Assembly (NCBI RefSeq): GCF_004010195.1
Contig: NC_057718.1
Location: 92,887,404 to 92,951,403, forward strand
Source of the DNA: Chiloscyllium plagiosum
Lineage: Eukaryota
DNA: 64,000 nt
Reading direction: 5' to 3'
Position numbers and translations under genes: made by a program. Shown one piece after another: positions 50,058 to 61,534 of the stretch. Under the pieces are notes generated by a model. The model was not told the origin of the DNA and made no database searches. It saw nothing but the letters and a program-made list of their open reading frames with translations. Every line of letters starts with the position of its first letter. Positions within the stretch are counted from its first letter, which is position 1.

Positions 50058-51388
50058 ACATTATAGAATCATAGAATCATAGTCATACAGCACGGAAACA
50101 GATCCTTCGGTCCAACTCATCCATGCTGGTCAGACATCCCATTCTCACAAAGTCCCATTTGCCAGCATTTGGTCCATCTCCCTCTGAACTGTTCCTATTC
50201 AGGTGCCCACCCAGGTGCCTTTTAAATGTCGCAAATGTACCAGCCACCAAAATGTCCTTTGGCACCTCGTTCCATACATGCACAACCCTTTGCATGAAGA
50301 AGTTACTCCCCGGGTCCACTTGAAACTTTTCCCCTCTCATCTTAAACCTATGCCCTCTTATTTCGGACTCCCCCACATGAGGAAAAAGAAGTTGGCTATT
50401 CACCCTATCCATACCCCTCATGATTTCATAAACCTTTATAAGGTAATCTTTCAGCTTCTGACATTCCCTTCAGCTCCAGGGAAAAAGGCCCCAATCTAAG
50501 CAGCCTCTTTCTTTAACTCAAGCCCTCCCGTCCCAGAAACATCCATGTGAATCTTTTCTGCACCCTCTCATGTTTTACAACTTCCTTCCTATAGATGGGC
50601 GACTACAATTATACACAGTATTCCAAAAGTGGCCTCACCAATGTCCAGTACAACCACATCATGATATCTCAGCTCATATACTCAGTGCTATGACCACTGA
50701 AGGCAAGAGTGCCAAACACCTTCTTCACTACCCTATGTGGCTCCACTTTCAAGGAGCTATGCACTTGCACCCCTAGGTCTCTTTGTCGGCAACACTCCCC
50801 AGGACCCTATCATTAACTGCTTAAGTCCTGTCCTGGTTTGTCTTACCAAAATGCAATGCCTCATATTTATCAAAATAAACTCCAATTACCACTCCTTGGC
50901 GCATTGGCCGATCTGATTAAGGTCCCATTGTACTCTGAGATAAACTTATTCACTGTCCTCTGCGCCACGTATTTTGGTGTCATCTGCAAACTTACTAACC
51001 ATGCCTCTTTAATTCATATCCAAATCATTTATATAAATGACAAAAAGCATTGCACCCTACACTCATCCTTGTGGCACACCGCTGGTCACAGGCCTCCAGT
51101 CTGAGAAGCAACTCTCCACCACCACTCTCTGTCTCCTACCTTCAAGCCAATTGTGTATTCAATTGGCTAGCTTCCCTTGGGTCCCATGTGATCTAATCGT
51201 ACTAACCAGTCTACCATGCAGAACCTTGGTGAATGCTTTGCTGAACTCAATATAGACAATGTTTACTACTCTGCTTTCATCAATCTTCTTTGTCACTTCT
51301 TCAAAAAACTCAATCATGTTAGTGTGGCATGATTTCCCATGCATGAAGCCATGCTGACAATCCCTGATCAGTCCTTTCCTTTCTAAAA
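50058..51388 (-). mobile_element. CR1-type LINE 3' 1.3 kb with RT
   Basis: QHGFMHGKSCHTNMIEFFEEVTKKIDE...VYIEFSKAFTKVLHGRL; (ATCATAGA)n tail. Confidence 0.93.
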
Positions 51389-51840
51389 ACAAATTTGGAA
51401 CAAGGAGTCCAATTCAACCCAGCAAAGCCTGTGGAAGTCTTACTCTCCTTTATCTAGTTCATCTGCTGGGGAATCAATCTACATAGGTAAGCACAGAACC
51501 CAGCCTGGTATAATTAAATATGATACAGAGGAGGGTCTTGGGAATGCTTGGGATCAAGTCCCACCAGCCACAGAGGTGTGTCACAACTTGTTCAAACCAG
51601 TCGATTAACAATAATTTACTCACCACTAGTTAGAAAAACCCAAACACAATAAATTTCCAGATCAGTATTGTAGAAATTTGCAAGTCGAAACTTTGTATTT
51701 ATTCTAGTTATGCTGCTGATTTGTCCAAGTTCCAAACACCATTCAATGTCTATCATACAAAGCAAACTCACAAAAAAACATATTTTAGCTCAACATCTCT
51801 GGACTTGCTCCCCATGAATGTCGGCTTGAATGTTCATCAG

Positions 51841-51931
51841 TCAAGAGTGTGGTGTTGGAAAAGCAGAGCAGGTCAGGCAACATCCGAGGAGCAAGAGAAT
51901 CGATGTTTCGGGCAAAAGCCCTTCATCAGGA
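51841..51931 (-). mobile_element. Short family B PLE-type insertion with hammerhead at its 5' edge
   Basis: Minus strand TTC CTGATGA AGGGCTTTTGCCC GAAA CATC GA; probable TSD GAATGTTCATCAG/GAAGGTTCACCAG. Confidence 0.82.
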
Positions 51932-52504
51932 AGGTTCACCAGGCCAGGGAAAGTCTCCACCCATTCCCACAAGGACCACTATGACTGAAGGAAAAGGGTT
52001 TTGATGGGGCCATTTGCATTCTTTGAGATTAATGCCTTCATCAATCTTTGACTGACATATGGGCTCTTAATCTCTCTGCCACCATTGGACAAAGACAAGG
52101 ATCAAAGATGTAATCGATTACCGGCTTTAATGAGTGTTAAACAGCACTCATTTTTATGACTTCATTGAACCCATCAATTTTTCCCATCTTCTTAATTCCA
52201 AGGTATAAGTTTTTTTGCATGTATGAGTACCTAGCAAGAAATAATTAGGGCAAAAGGGTCCAAAGCAAACCCCCAGAGAAATGAGTTGCATAATTGGAAT
52301 TAAAAGACTGTAAAATGGGAACATCAAAATGGTTTGTGGGGGAAGGGTTAGAGCACTGAGCCGATCAAACCCCTTCTGTTATTCAATGAAATCTAAGAGG
52401 TAACAGCCCTGTGAGATATAATCAGTTTTACTGGGTGACAAAGGCCAAAAAATATTAACACTTTGAACCTCAGTAGGATGCAGTCTTAGGGGTTACAAAG
52501 GGAT

Positions 52505-53719
52505 CAGGATTAGAGTGGTGCTGGAAAAGCACAGCAGGTCAGGCAGCATCTGAATAGCAACAGGTCATGAGGATGGTGCTGAGCTGGAAGGTTGGAACTG
52601 GGGTAAGGAGGGGTGAGGGGAAATGAGAAAACTGGTGAAGTCCATATTGATGCCCTGGGGTTGAACGGTCCCGAGGCGGAAGACGAGATATTCTTCTTCC
52701 ACGTGTCGGGTGGTGAGGGAGTGTTGGTGGAGGAGGCCAAGGACCCGTATGTCCTCAGCAGAGTGGGAGGGGGAGTTGAAATGTTCGGCCACGGGGCGGT
52801 GGGGTTGATTGGTGCGGGTGTCCCGGAGCTGTTGTCTGAAGTGCTCTGTGAGAAGGCGTCTGGTCTCCCCACTGTAGAGGAGACTGCATTGGGAGCAATG
52901 GATACAATAAATGACATGTGTGGAAATGCAGGTGAAACTTTGATGGATGTGGAAAGCTCCTTTGGGACCTTGGACGGAGGTGGAGGGGGAGGTGTGGGCT
53001 CAGTTTTGCAATTCCTGCGGTGCCAGGAGGGGAGGGTGAGTTGTTGGGGGGGTGTGGACCTGACTAGGTGTTCATGGAGGGAACAGTCTCTGGAAAGTGG
53101 ATGGGGTGGTGAGGGAGATATATCCCTGGTGGTGGGGTCCATTTGGAGGTGGCAGAAATGTTGGCGGATGATCATACCAATCAACCCCACTGCTCCATGG
53201 CCAAACATTTCAACTCCCCATCCCACTCTGCCGAGGACATGCAGGTCCTGGGCCTCCTCCACCGCCAATCCCTCACCACACGATGCCTGGAGGAAGAACG
53301 CCTCATCTTCCACCTTGGGACCCTTCAATCCCATGGCATTAATGTGGCCTTCACCAGTTTCCTCATTTCCCCTTACCCCACCTTACCCCAGTTCCAACCT
53401 TCCAGCTCAGTACCATCCTCATGACCTGTCACAACTGTCAATCTTTGTTCCCACCTTTCCATTCCACCCTCATCTCCGACCTATCACCTTCACCCCCACC
53501 TCCATCCACCTATTGCACTCTCAGCTACCTTCTCCCCAGCCCCACCTTCTCCCATTTATCTCTCCATCCCCAAGGCTCCCAGCCTCATTCGTGATGAAGG
53601 GCTTTTGCCTGAAACGTCGATTTTCCTGCTCCTCAGATGCTGCCTGACCTGCTGTGCTTTTCCAGCATCACTCTAATTTTGACTCTAATCTCCAGCATCT
53701 GCAGTCCTCACTTTCGCCT
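52505..53719. mobile_element. Fold-back PLE, family B, with GIY-YIG remnant
   Basis: Minus arm to about 53172 and plus arm from about 53173 both encode HFNSPSHSAED...EEExLxFxLGT; TSD GG(T/C)TACAAAGGGAT at 52491-52504 and 53720-53733; hammerhead at about 53587-53621 with the first C mutated. Confidence 0.92.
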
Positions 53720-54265
53720 GGCTACAAAGGGATGTCACTTCATTGTGTCTTTCATCATTACACCTGTCTGAATCTTGAAAGTGTAGTTTCCAGCATTTAT
53801 CTGTGTCAAGCAGCCAGAAAATCTACCCGCTATCAATAGGGTGCTCAGGTCACTTGTGAAATTCAATGAAAAAAAATTACTGGTTGGTTGCCCCTCCTTT
53901 AATATCCTTTCCATTCTCTCTGGAAAGAATGTCTGATTCTATGCCTGATCACATGTAACAACCCATCATTGGCTATCCCCCAATAGGGCCCATTTGTCCT
54001 CGTTTGTGGTCAGAATTCTATTTCTTAATCACTGGAAGCATATCTAGTCTGTGCTGAATCCACAAGAGCTCTGATATAGAGAGAACTTCCATCTTCTTAG
54101 ATAGTTGCGCTATATATATTGAAGTGTTGCTATTAGTTAAAAACAGGTTGAACTATCTCTATGAAGTGGCTCACAGAACCAGTAGTTCACTAAAAAGTCA
54201 AAACACAGAGTTTGACTGCATTACTGTTAACTCAGAACTATCAACCCATGAAGATCTTTCGAATT

Positions 54266-54589
54266 CGGGTGGTATGGTAGCACAGTGGTTAGCATTGCTA
54301 TTTCACAACCTCAGGGGCCTGGGTTTGATTCCAGCCTCGGGCAACTGTGTGGAGTTTGCACATTCTCCCATGTCTGTATGGGTATCCTCCCACAGTCCAA
54401 AGACACGCAGGTTAGGTGGATTGGCTGTGCAAAATTGCCCATAATGTCTAGTGGTGTGTAGGTTAAGGGATTAGCCATGGCAAATGTAGGGTTAAAAATT
54501 AGGGTGGGTGTGGGTGGGGCACTCTTTGGGGAGTTGGTGTGGACTCAATGGATTAACTAGCCTGCTTCTACACTGTATTGATTCTATGA
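54266..54589 (+). mobile_element. HE1-type SINE
   Basis: GGTAGCACAGTGGTTAGC...GGTTTGATTCC...ACACTGTATTGATTCTATGA. Confidence 0.88.
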
Positions 54590-54843
54590 GTCTGAATATA
54601 TGACTCAAATTATGCAAAGCTTTCTGAAGATCTGTGAATGTTTTGAGTGATATTGGCTTTGGCAAAAAGGTGAAACTGCACAACCTAATTTTGCCAACAA
54701 ACACTCCTCTGAGTGAGCCAACAGGGGATGAATCTAGGGTTCAACATTGCTTGAAAAAAATGGACTGCAGTCACAAGGATCCTTCACAAATGACATTGCA
54801 AAAGGCAGCTTAGCATTGCACGGTATTCATCTGAACCAGGCTG

Positions 54844-54933
54844 CTGAAGAAGGGCTTATGCCCGAAACGTCGATTCTCCTGTTCCCTGGATGCTGCCTGA
54901 CCTGCTGCGCTGTTCCAGCAACACATTTTCAGC
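54844..54933 (+). mobile_element. Short family B insertion starting exactly at an intact hammerhead core
   Basis: CTGAAGA A GGGC TTAT GCCC GAAA CG TC GATT...; the 5' strand of stem I is missing. Confidence 0.85.
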
Positions 54934-55157
54934 GCCTGCCTTATGCAGCCAGACAGAGAGTCCCTGATATTGTTGTGCTTCCCACGATGTACGATCAAGT
55001 TTGGAGGAGCCTATGAGGTTTTTCCAAGGCATTTTCAGTACAAGTTTGAAGTAGGTTTCTTTGTATTTCTTCCAGTGCATACATACACTTGCGCATGTGT
55101 AAAATGCAACTGCATGAAGCCTTACTTATAAGTTCATGAGTTCATGAGATATAGGAG

Positions 55158-55373
55158 GAGAAAGTGAGGTCTGCAGATGCTGGAGATCAGAGATGGAAAT
55201 GTGTTGCTGGAAAAGCGCAGCAGGTCAGGCAGCATCTAGGGAACAGGAGAATCGACGTTTCAGGCATTAGCCCTTCTTCAGGAATGAAGAAGGGCTAATG
55301 CCCGAAACGTCGATTCTCCTGTTCCCTAGATGCTGCCTGACCTGCTGCGCTTTTCCAGCAACACATTTCCATC
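55158..55373. mobile_element. Fold-back PLE-type insertion, family B
   Basis: Near-identical arms; perfect TSD TCATGAGATATAGGAG at 55142-55157 and 55374-55389; hammerheads back to back at the pivot. Confidence 0.92.
55251..55285 (-). ncRNA. Minimal hammerhead ribozyme motif, family B
   Basis: Minus strand ATTC CTGAAGA AGGGCTAATGCCT GAAA CG TC GAT; palindromic ACGT stem III, GUC triplet; stem I is weak. Confidence 0.7.
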
Positions 55374-56705
55374 TCATGAGATATAGGAGCAGAATTAGAC
55401 CGTTCGGCCCATCAAGTCTGCTCTGCCATTCGATCATGGCCGATATGCTCCTCACCCCCATTTTCTTGCCTTCTCCCCTTTACCCTTCAACCCATTACCA
55501 ATCTGTCGAACTCCTCCTTAAATTTACTCACTGTCCCAGCATCCTCCGCACTTTGAGGTAGCCAACTCCACAGATTCACAACCCTTTGGGAGAAGTAGTT
55601 TCTCCTCCACTCTGTTTTAAATTTGTTACCCCTTACCCTAAGACTATGATCTATCATCCCAGAATGCCCCACAAGGGGATGATTCCACTCCACGTCTATT
55701 TTATTCACACATTTTAACGTGTTGAATACCTCAATTTAACCTCCCCTCATTCTTCCAAATTCCAGAGACTCTCAGCTTAAAGTGTTCAATCTCTCTTCCT
55801 ACGACAAACCCTTTATCTCTGGGATCAAACTAATGAACCTCCTCTGAATGGCCTCCAATGCCACTCCATCTTTCCCTAAAAAGGGGACCAAAACTGTGCA
55901 CAATACTCCAGGTGTGGTCTCACCAATACCTTGTATAGTTACAACAATGCATCTTTGCATTTATATTCCATTCACTTTTATCTTCTGTACCTGCACACTA
56001 GTTTTCTGGGACTTATGAATGAATACACCTCGATCCCTCTGCTCCAGAGCACCCCAAAGTCTCTCCCCATTATGATAATTAGGTTGCCTTCCCACATTTT
56101 TCGACCCAAATGCATGACCTTGCACTTATCCACATTAAACTCCATCTACCACATTTTGGCCCACTCTCCCAACCTATCTACATCCCACTTGCAAGGTTCT
56201 TATTTCCTGAATGCAATTTACCATCCTGCCTATATTTGTGTCAACTGCAAATTTGGCTACAGAGCCTTCTCTCCCTGTATCCAAGTAGTTAATATAGATT
56301 GTAAATCGCTGGGGCCCAAGGACTGGACCCTGTGGCACCCCACTAGTTACTTCTGCCATTCAGAAAAAAACTCATTTATTCCGACTCTCTGTTTTCTGTT
56401 CATCAGCCAGTCACCTATCCAAACTAATAAATTACCCCTAATTCCATATAATCCAACCTTGTGAATTAACCTTTTGTGAGGCACCTTAACAAACACCTTC
56501 TGGAAGTTCAGACAAATTACATCTACAGCATTCCCATTATCCTTTTTGCTTCTTACTTCTTTGAAGAACTCTAGCAAATTAGTCAAACATGATTTGCCCT
56601 TCATCAAATCATCCTGACTCTGATGGATAGCATTTTGACTTTCCAAATATCCTGATACTGCTTCCTTGATAATTGATTCTAACACTTTCCCAACAACAGA
56701 TGTTA

Positions 56706-56926
56706 GAGTCGAAAAGTGTGGTTCTGGAAAAGCATAGCAGATCAGGCAGCATTGAGGAGCAGGAGAGTGACTGATTCAGGCATAGGTCCTTCAGCAGGCT
56801 GATGAATGGCTTATTGCACAAAATATCAACTCTCCTGCTCCTGGGAGGCTGCCTGACCTGCTGTGCTTTTCCAGCGCCACCCTTTTCAACTCTGACTTTC
56901 CAGCATCTGCAGCCCTCACTTTCTCA
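56706..56926. mobile_element. Older fold-back PLE-type insertion, family B
   Basis: TSD CAACAACAGATG(T/C)TA at 56691-56705 and 56927-56941; pivot CCTTCAGCAGG|CTGATGAATGGC. Confidence 0.88.
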
Positions 56927-58487
56927 CAACAACAGATGCTAAGCTAACTGGTCCATAATTTCCCTCCCTTTTTGAATACAGGCGTTATATTAGCCATTTT
57001 CCAATCCACTGGAACATTTCCCGTGTCCAGGGAATTTTGGAATATTGTAACCAATGGATCTACTATCCCAGCTGCCACTTCCTTTAATACTCTAGAATGT
57101 AGGCTATTAGGACCGGGGGACTTGTTTGTTCTCAATCCTAACAGTTTGCTTCATACCGTGACTCTATCGATGTTAATTGTTCTAAGTTCTACCTTATCTA
57201 TTGCCTCTGACATGCCTGTTCCAACAGGAATAATACTATTGTCCCCCACCATTAAAACAGAGGCAAAGTATTGATTCAGCATCTCTGCCATCTCAGTGTT
57301 CCCCACTATTAACTGTCCGGTTTCATCTTCCAAGGGGCCAACATTCACCTGAGCGACTCTCTTTCCTTTTATTCACCTACAAAAACTTCTGCTACCCTTT
57401 TGGATATTTTGTGCTAGTTTCTTTCATAATGTACCATGGCTCTTTTTATTACTGTTTAGAATCCCTTTGTTTATGTTTGATACTTTCCCAATTGTCCACC
57501 CTGCCACTGGTCTTTGCTTTGTGATATACCTTAGTTTTTGCCTTTATAATGTTGCTGACTTCCTTGTTTAGCCAAGTATGTTTTTTTTAAACCTCCCTTA
57601 ACATCTTCCGCACTGGGATACATTTTAGTTGTGAGGAATTGAGTAGCTCCTTAAACATCTGCCACTGCTCATCTGCTGTCTTACCATTTCACCTTCCTTC
57701 CCAATCTACTCAGGCCAAATCTGTCCTCATCCTTATATAATTTCCTTTGTTTAATTGCAGAACAAGGCCATGGGACTCCACTTTCTCACCCCCAAACTTG
57801 AATTTTGGATTCCATCATACTATGGTCACTACTCCCTCGAGGATCCTTAACTATGATGTCATCAAGTAATCTCTCCTCATTACACAGAAACAAATCCAGA
57901 GCAGCCTGCTCCCTGGTTAGTTCCACAACATATTGCTCCAAGAAACAATCTCTATTGCATTCAATGAATTCTGTCTCCAGGCTATCCTTGCCAATTTGAT
58001 TCTTCCAATCTGTGTGCATGGTAAAATCACCCATGATTATTGCTGTACCTTTCTTGCAATATTTCCTGTGTTATACTGTGCCCCACTGCAGGCCTATAAA
58101 TTACTCCTACCATGTACTTCTTCCCTTTGCCAATTCTTATTTCTACCCAGACCAATTCCACATCTTGATCTTAATTACTTGTTTGCAGCCTGTACAATGC
58201 TTTGTATCCGGATGGAGAGGTTCTTTCAGCTTGAGAGTGATCAGATCCTTTTATTGATCTCCAAAAGCTCATAGTTAAATGAGCAAAGAAAACAGCAAGT
58301 GGTGGAAATCTGCAATGGAAACAAAATACATTGAAAATGAATCTGAACAGTATCCGTAAAAGAAATGTTGGCATTTTGGCTTGTAGCCTTGCACCAGAAA
58401 GAGAATAATTTGAAAGGATTACTCTGCCAACAATTAACTTCTCTTTCTATTCCAGGTGCTAATTGTGAATTTCTATAATTTTCTGTT

Positions 58488-58776
58488 TAGAATAGATTCC
58501 CTACAGTGTGGAAACAAGCCCTTCGGCCCAACAGGTCCACACCGACCCTCCGAAGAGTAACCCACCCAGACCCATTTCCCTCTGACAAATGCACCTAACA
58601 TTATGGTCAATTTAGCATGGCCAATTCACCTGACCTGCACATCTTGGGACTGTGGGAGGAAACCCATGCAGACACAGGGAGAACGTGCAAACTCCACACA
58701 GACAGTCACCTGAGGCTGCATTCAAATCTGGGACCTTGGTGCTGTGAGGCAGCAATGCTAACCACTGGGCCGCCCC
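58488..58776 (-). mobile_element. HE1-type SINE
   Basis: Reverse-complement copy closely matching 47630-47929. Confidence 0.9.
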
Positions 58777-59048
58777 ATTCCAAAGCTTTCAAGTTTCACA
58801 TCTAAATAAAAGTTGATGGATGATGGTCCAAAGTCACAATTACAGTATAAAGGGTTTGTATGAGGAGGAATTTGCTGTGTACAAGAAAGTTTCCACATTC
58901 AATATGCAGATACATACTGGAGAAGGAGCAATATAGGTAGAGCAAGTGACTGAGGCATCAGTGGGGGAGCACTTTGGGCAAGTGATCATAATTCTACTAA
59001 TTTTAAAATGGAAAAGGATAGAACAGATCAAAAGTTAAAGTTCTAAAT

Positions 59049-59493
59049 TGATTTGGAGGTGCCGGTGTTGGGCTGGGGTAAACAAAATGACACAACACGA
59101 GGTTATAATCCAACAGGTTTATTTCGGGAGCACTCGCTTTTGGAGCGCTGCTCCTTCATCAGGTGATAGTGGAGCAGAATCATAAGTCACAGAATTTATA
59201 GCAACAGGATTGCAGTGTCATGGAATGTGATATTAAACAAATTTAGCTTAAGTCTGTCATGTTTTAGAATAATCATGTTAGTTTTGGTTCCTTCATATGT
59301 AAACCCAGAACGTTTTTAAAGTTACATTCTCAACATAGTGAGGTTAGGTTTGTTCAATTTACATCAGTTGTATGATACTTTAATCTTTTATGATAAATTT
59401 GGTGTCCTATGATCCTATCCCACTAGCTAATTGACAAAGGAGCAGTGCTTCGAAAGCTTGCTCTTCCAAATAAATCTGTTGGACTATAACCTG
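59049..59493. mobile_element. Older fold-back PLE-type insertion, family A
   Basis: The minus arm matches 11084-11400; the plus arm ends AAGGAGCAGTGCTTCGAAAGCTT...CTGTTGGACTATAACCTG. Confidence 0.8.
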
Positions 59494-59984
59494 CCTGTGG
59501 TTTGACGGAGTAGCTCCCAGCACAACTAGGAGGAATCTGATCTAGTGTTCTGCTGCCACATCCCTCATGTAAGTCTGCATGCTCCATTTCACAGATTGCC
59601 ATGGCATGGCATATCATCTGTTTCATACCCATTGATCAGGGCTGTGTGAGAGCAACCTCTCCACACCAAAGAAAATCAAAACAACCTTCCCCATGAAAAC
59701 TGATCGTGCAAACCTTGAGAATGGCTTGTATGCTTTTAAAACCATCTTTAAAATAGGCAGAAAGGGCTAGTGATGAGGTGGTTCAGAAAACTGATTGCAC
59801 TCAAAGCCATTCACACCCCTTATCCATTAATTTAACTCCAGCCTGCATAGCTCTGTTACTCATTGTCTGTCAGGATAGTGTAGGACATTGGGATTTAAAG
59901 GCAATCAGTTCCACTAAAAGGGGAGAAACACCCAGCTGGGGATGCTGGCAAATATATTTTGCAATTAGTAGAATGACTGAGGCA

Positions 59985-60172
59985 ATGCTGAGACTGTCTT
60001 GGAGGCTTTTGACCTGGGAGTGGATTGAATGAGGCATATTCTTTCCCTCATAAGAGCAGAAGGGCATCACATGGACTGGCAATGGGACCAGGTGGCAAAG
60101 TCCATTCATGACAGAAGCCCAACATCCAAATCATGGCAATGATGCAAGAGGTGTTTCAATGATCTGACCTGA
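59985..60172 (+). mobile_element. Decayed Myb/SANT-like ORF of the Harbinger accessory-protein type
   Basis: 60077-60169 reads WQWDQVAKSIHDRSPTSKSWQ*CKRCFNDLT, preceded by ETVLEAFDLGVD*MRHIL; fits the W..VA...(R/K).W..C...(W/F).DL pattern. Confidence 0.65.
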
Positions 60173-60896
60173 TTCTTTAAGGAATGCATCTAACTCTCTT
60201 CATCCCTGCTCAGACCCCCGTCACACACAGCTGTATTAATCACAAGGTTCAGAACACTCAGGAGAATTCCCACTTGTCTGCCTTCACTTTCCTACACTGT
60301 GCTTCATTTCACCTCACTCTGCTCAGACTGACGCAGGCTACACTACTGCAGCCCTCATTTCTAGGGGTGAAGCCTTGGCCTTGTTGCAGGGGGTTGCTGA
60401 TTGCCTGCTCATCCCTCTGTGAGCAGGCTCTGCCAATTCTGTTTCAATTGAGCTTCCGTTGACAGCAGTCAGACCTCAGCTGGAAGCTGCTGCCTGCGCT
60501 CCAGCTGAGAGATTGGCCATCAGACATTACATCATGGTTGGGTTTACAATTGTGCGCGTGGAGTTGGCCTCCGCGCTGGAGAGAATGGGCTCCAAGCTGT
60601 GCACAGGGAACTGTGCCAAGTTGGTGCTATAATCCTCCATGCTTCTTGATATCGATCACAGGATTCCTGGCAGGCATTCCAATGTATCAAGCATTTCACT
60701 GTAAATACATATCAGCGTCCTTCTGAAATGCTACCCCAATGAATTCCTTACTTGCGTCGGTTTTGCAGAACTCATATGTGATCTCACTCTTTGAGTGAGC
60801 TAGCTCCTATGCTATAATTGCCCCCTGGTCTGGTTGCAGCCCAGTGACTTACCAGGTGCAAAACTGTTTTCAACGATTTCCTGTAAATCTAGACAG

Positions 60897-61475
60897 TGTC
60901 TAGGACACTAGTGAGGCTTCTTCTGGAATACTGTGTCCAGTTCTGGTTGCCCAGTTATAGGAAGGATATTATTAAACTGGCAAGGACTCAGAAGAGATTT
61001 ACCAGGATGTTGCCAGGTATGGAAGGCTTGAGTTATAAAGAAAGGCTGGATAGGCTGGGATTTTATTCACTGGAGCCTAAGAGCCTTAGAGGTGACCTTT
61101 CAGAAGTTTATAAAATAATGAGAGGTATAGATAGCGTTAATGGTATTGCCTTTTCCCTTGGATGGGGGATTTAAAGACCAGGGGGTACATTTTTAAGGTG
61201 AGAAGAGAGAGATTTTATAAAGACATGAGGGGCAAATGTTTTATACAGAGGATACTTCACGTGTGGAATGAACTTCCTGAGGAAGTGGTGGATGTGGGTA
61301 CAATTACACTGGTTAAAAGACATGTGGATAAGTATATGCATAGGAAATGTTTGGAGGGATATGGACCAGGAGTAGGCAGGTGGGACTAATTTAGTTTCGG
61401 ATTATGTTCAATATGGACTGATTAGACAAAAGGTCTTTTTCTGTACTGTATAACTCTGTGCCTCTCTGATTCTAT
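60897..61475 (+). mobile_element. CR1-type LINE 3' fragment
   Basis: RTLVRLLLEYCVQFWLPSYRKDII...HVWNELPEEVVD. Confidence 0.92.
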
Positions 61476-61534
61476 GTCCCTATGAACTCTGGCTGCAAAA
61501 TCAAACTTGCATGACTGTGATTGGTCAGATGGGT

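Larger units (their letters stand above)
55126..58170 (-). mobile_element. Long CR1-type LINE (APE and RT remnants) with two fold-back inserts
   Basis: MGDFTMH...LDLFLCNE...GSSDH; KSPGPNSLHSRVLKE...[39 protein letters not shown]...KFAVDT. Confidence 0.93.

Noticed and set aside
52613..53647. 344-aa ORF, the longest in the window
   Set aside because: It is antisense and off-frame read-through of the family B fold-back and is low in complexity.
7630..59493. Palindromic inserts as MITEs, CRISPR repeats or miRNA genes
   Set aside because: TSDs are long and variable, arms are asymmetric, termini of two families adjoin GIY-YIG frames, and there is no repeat-spacer periodicity.
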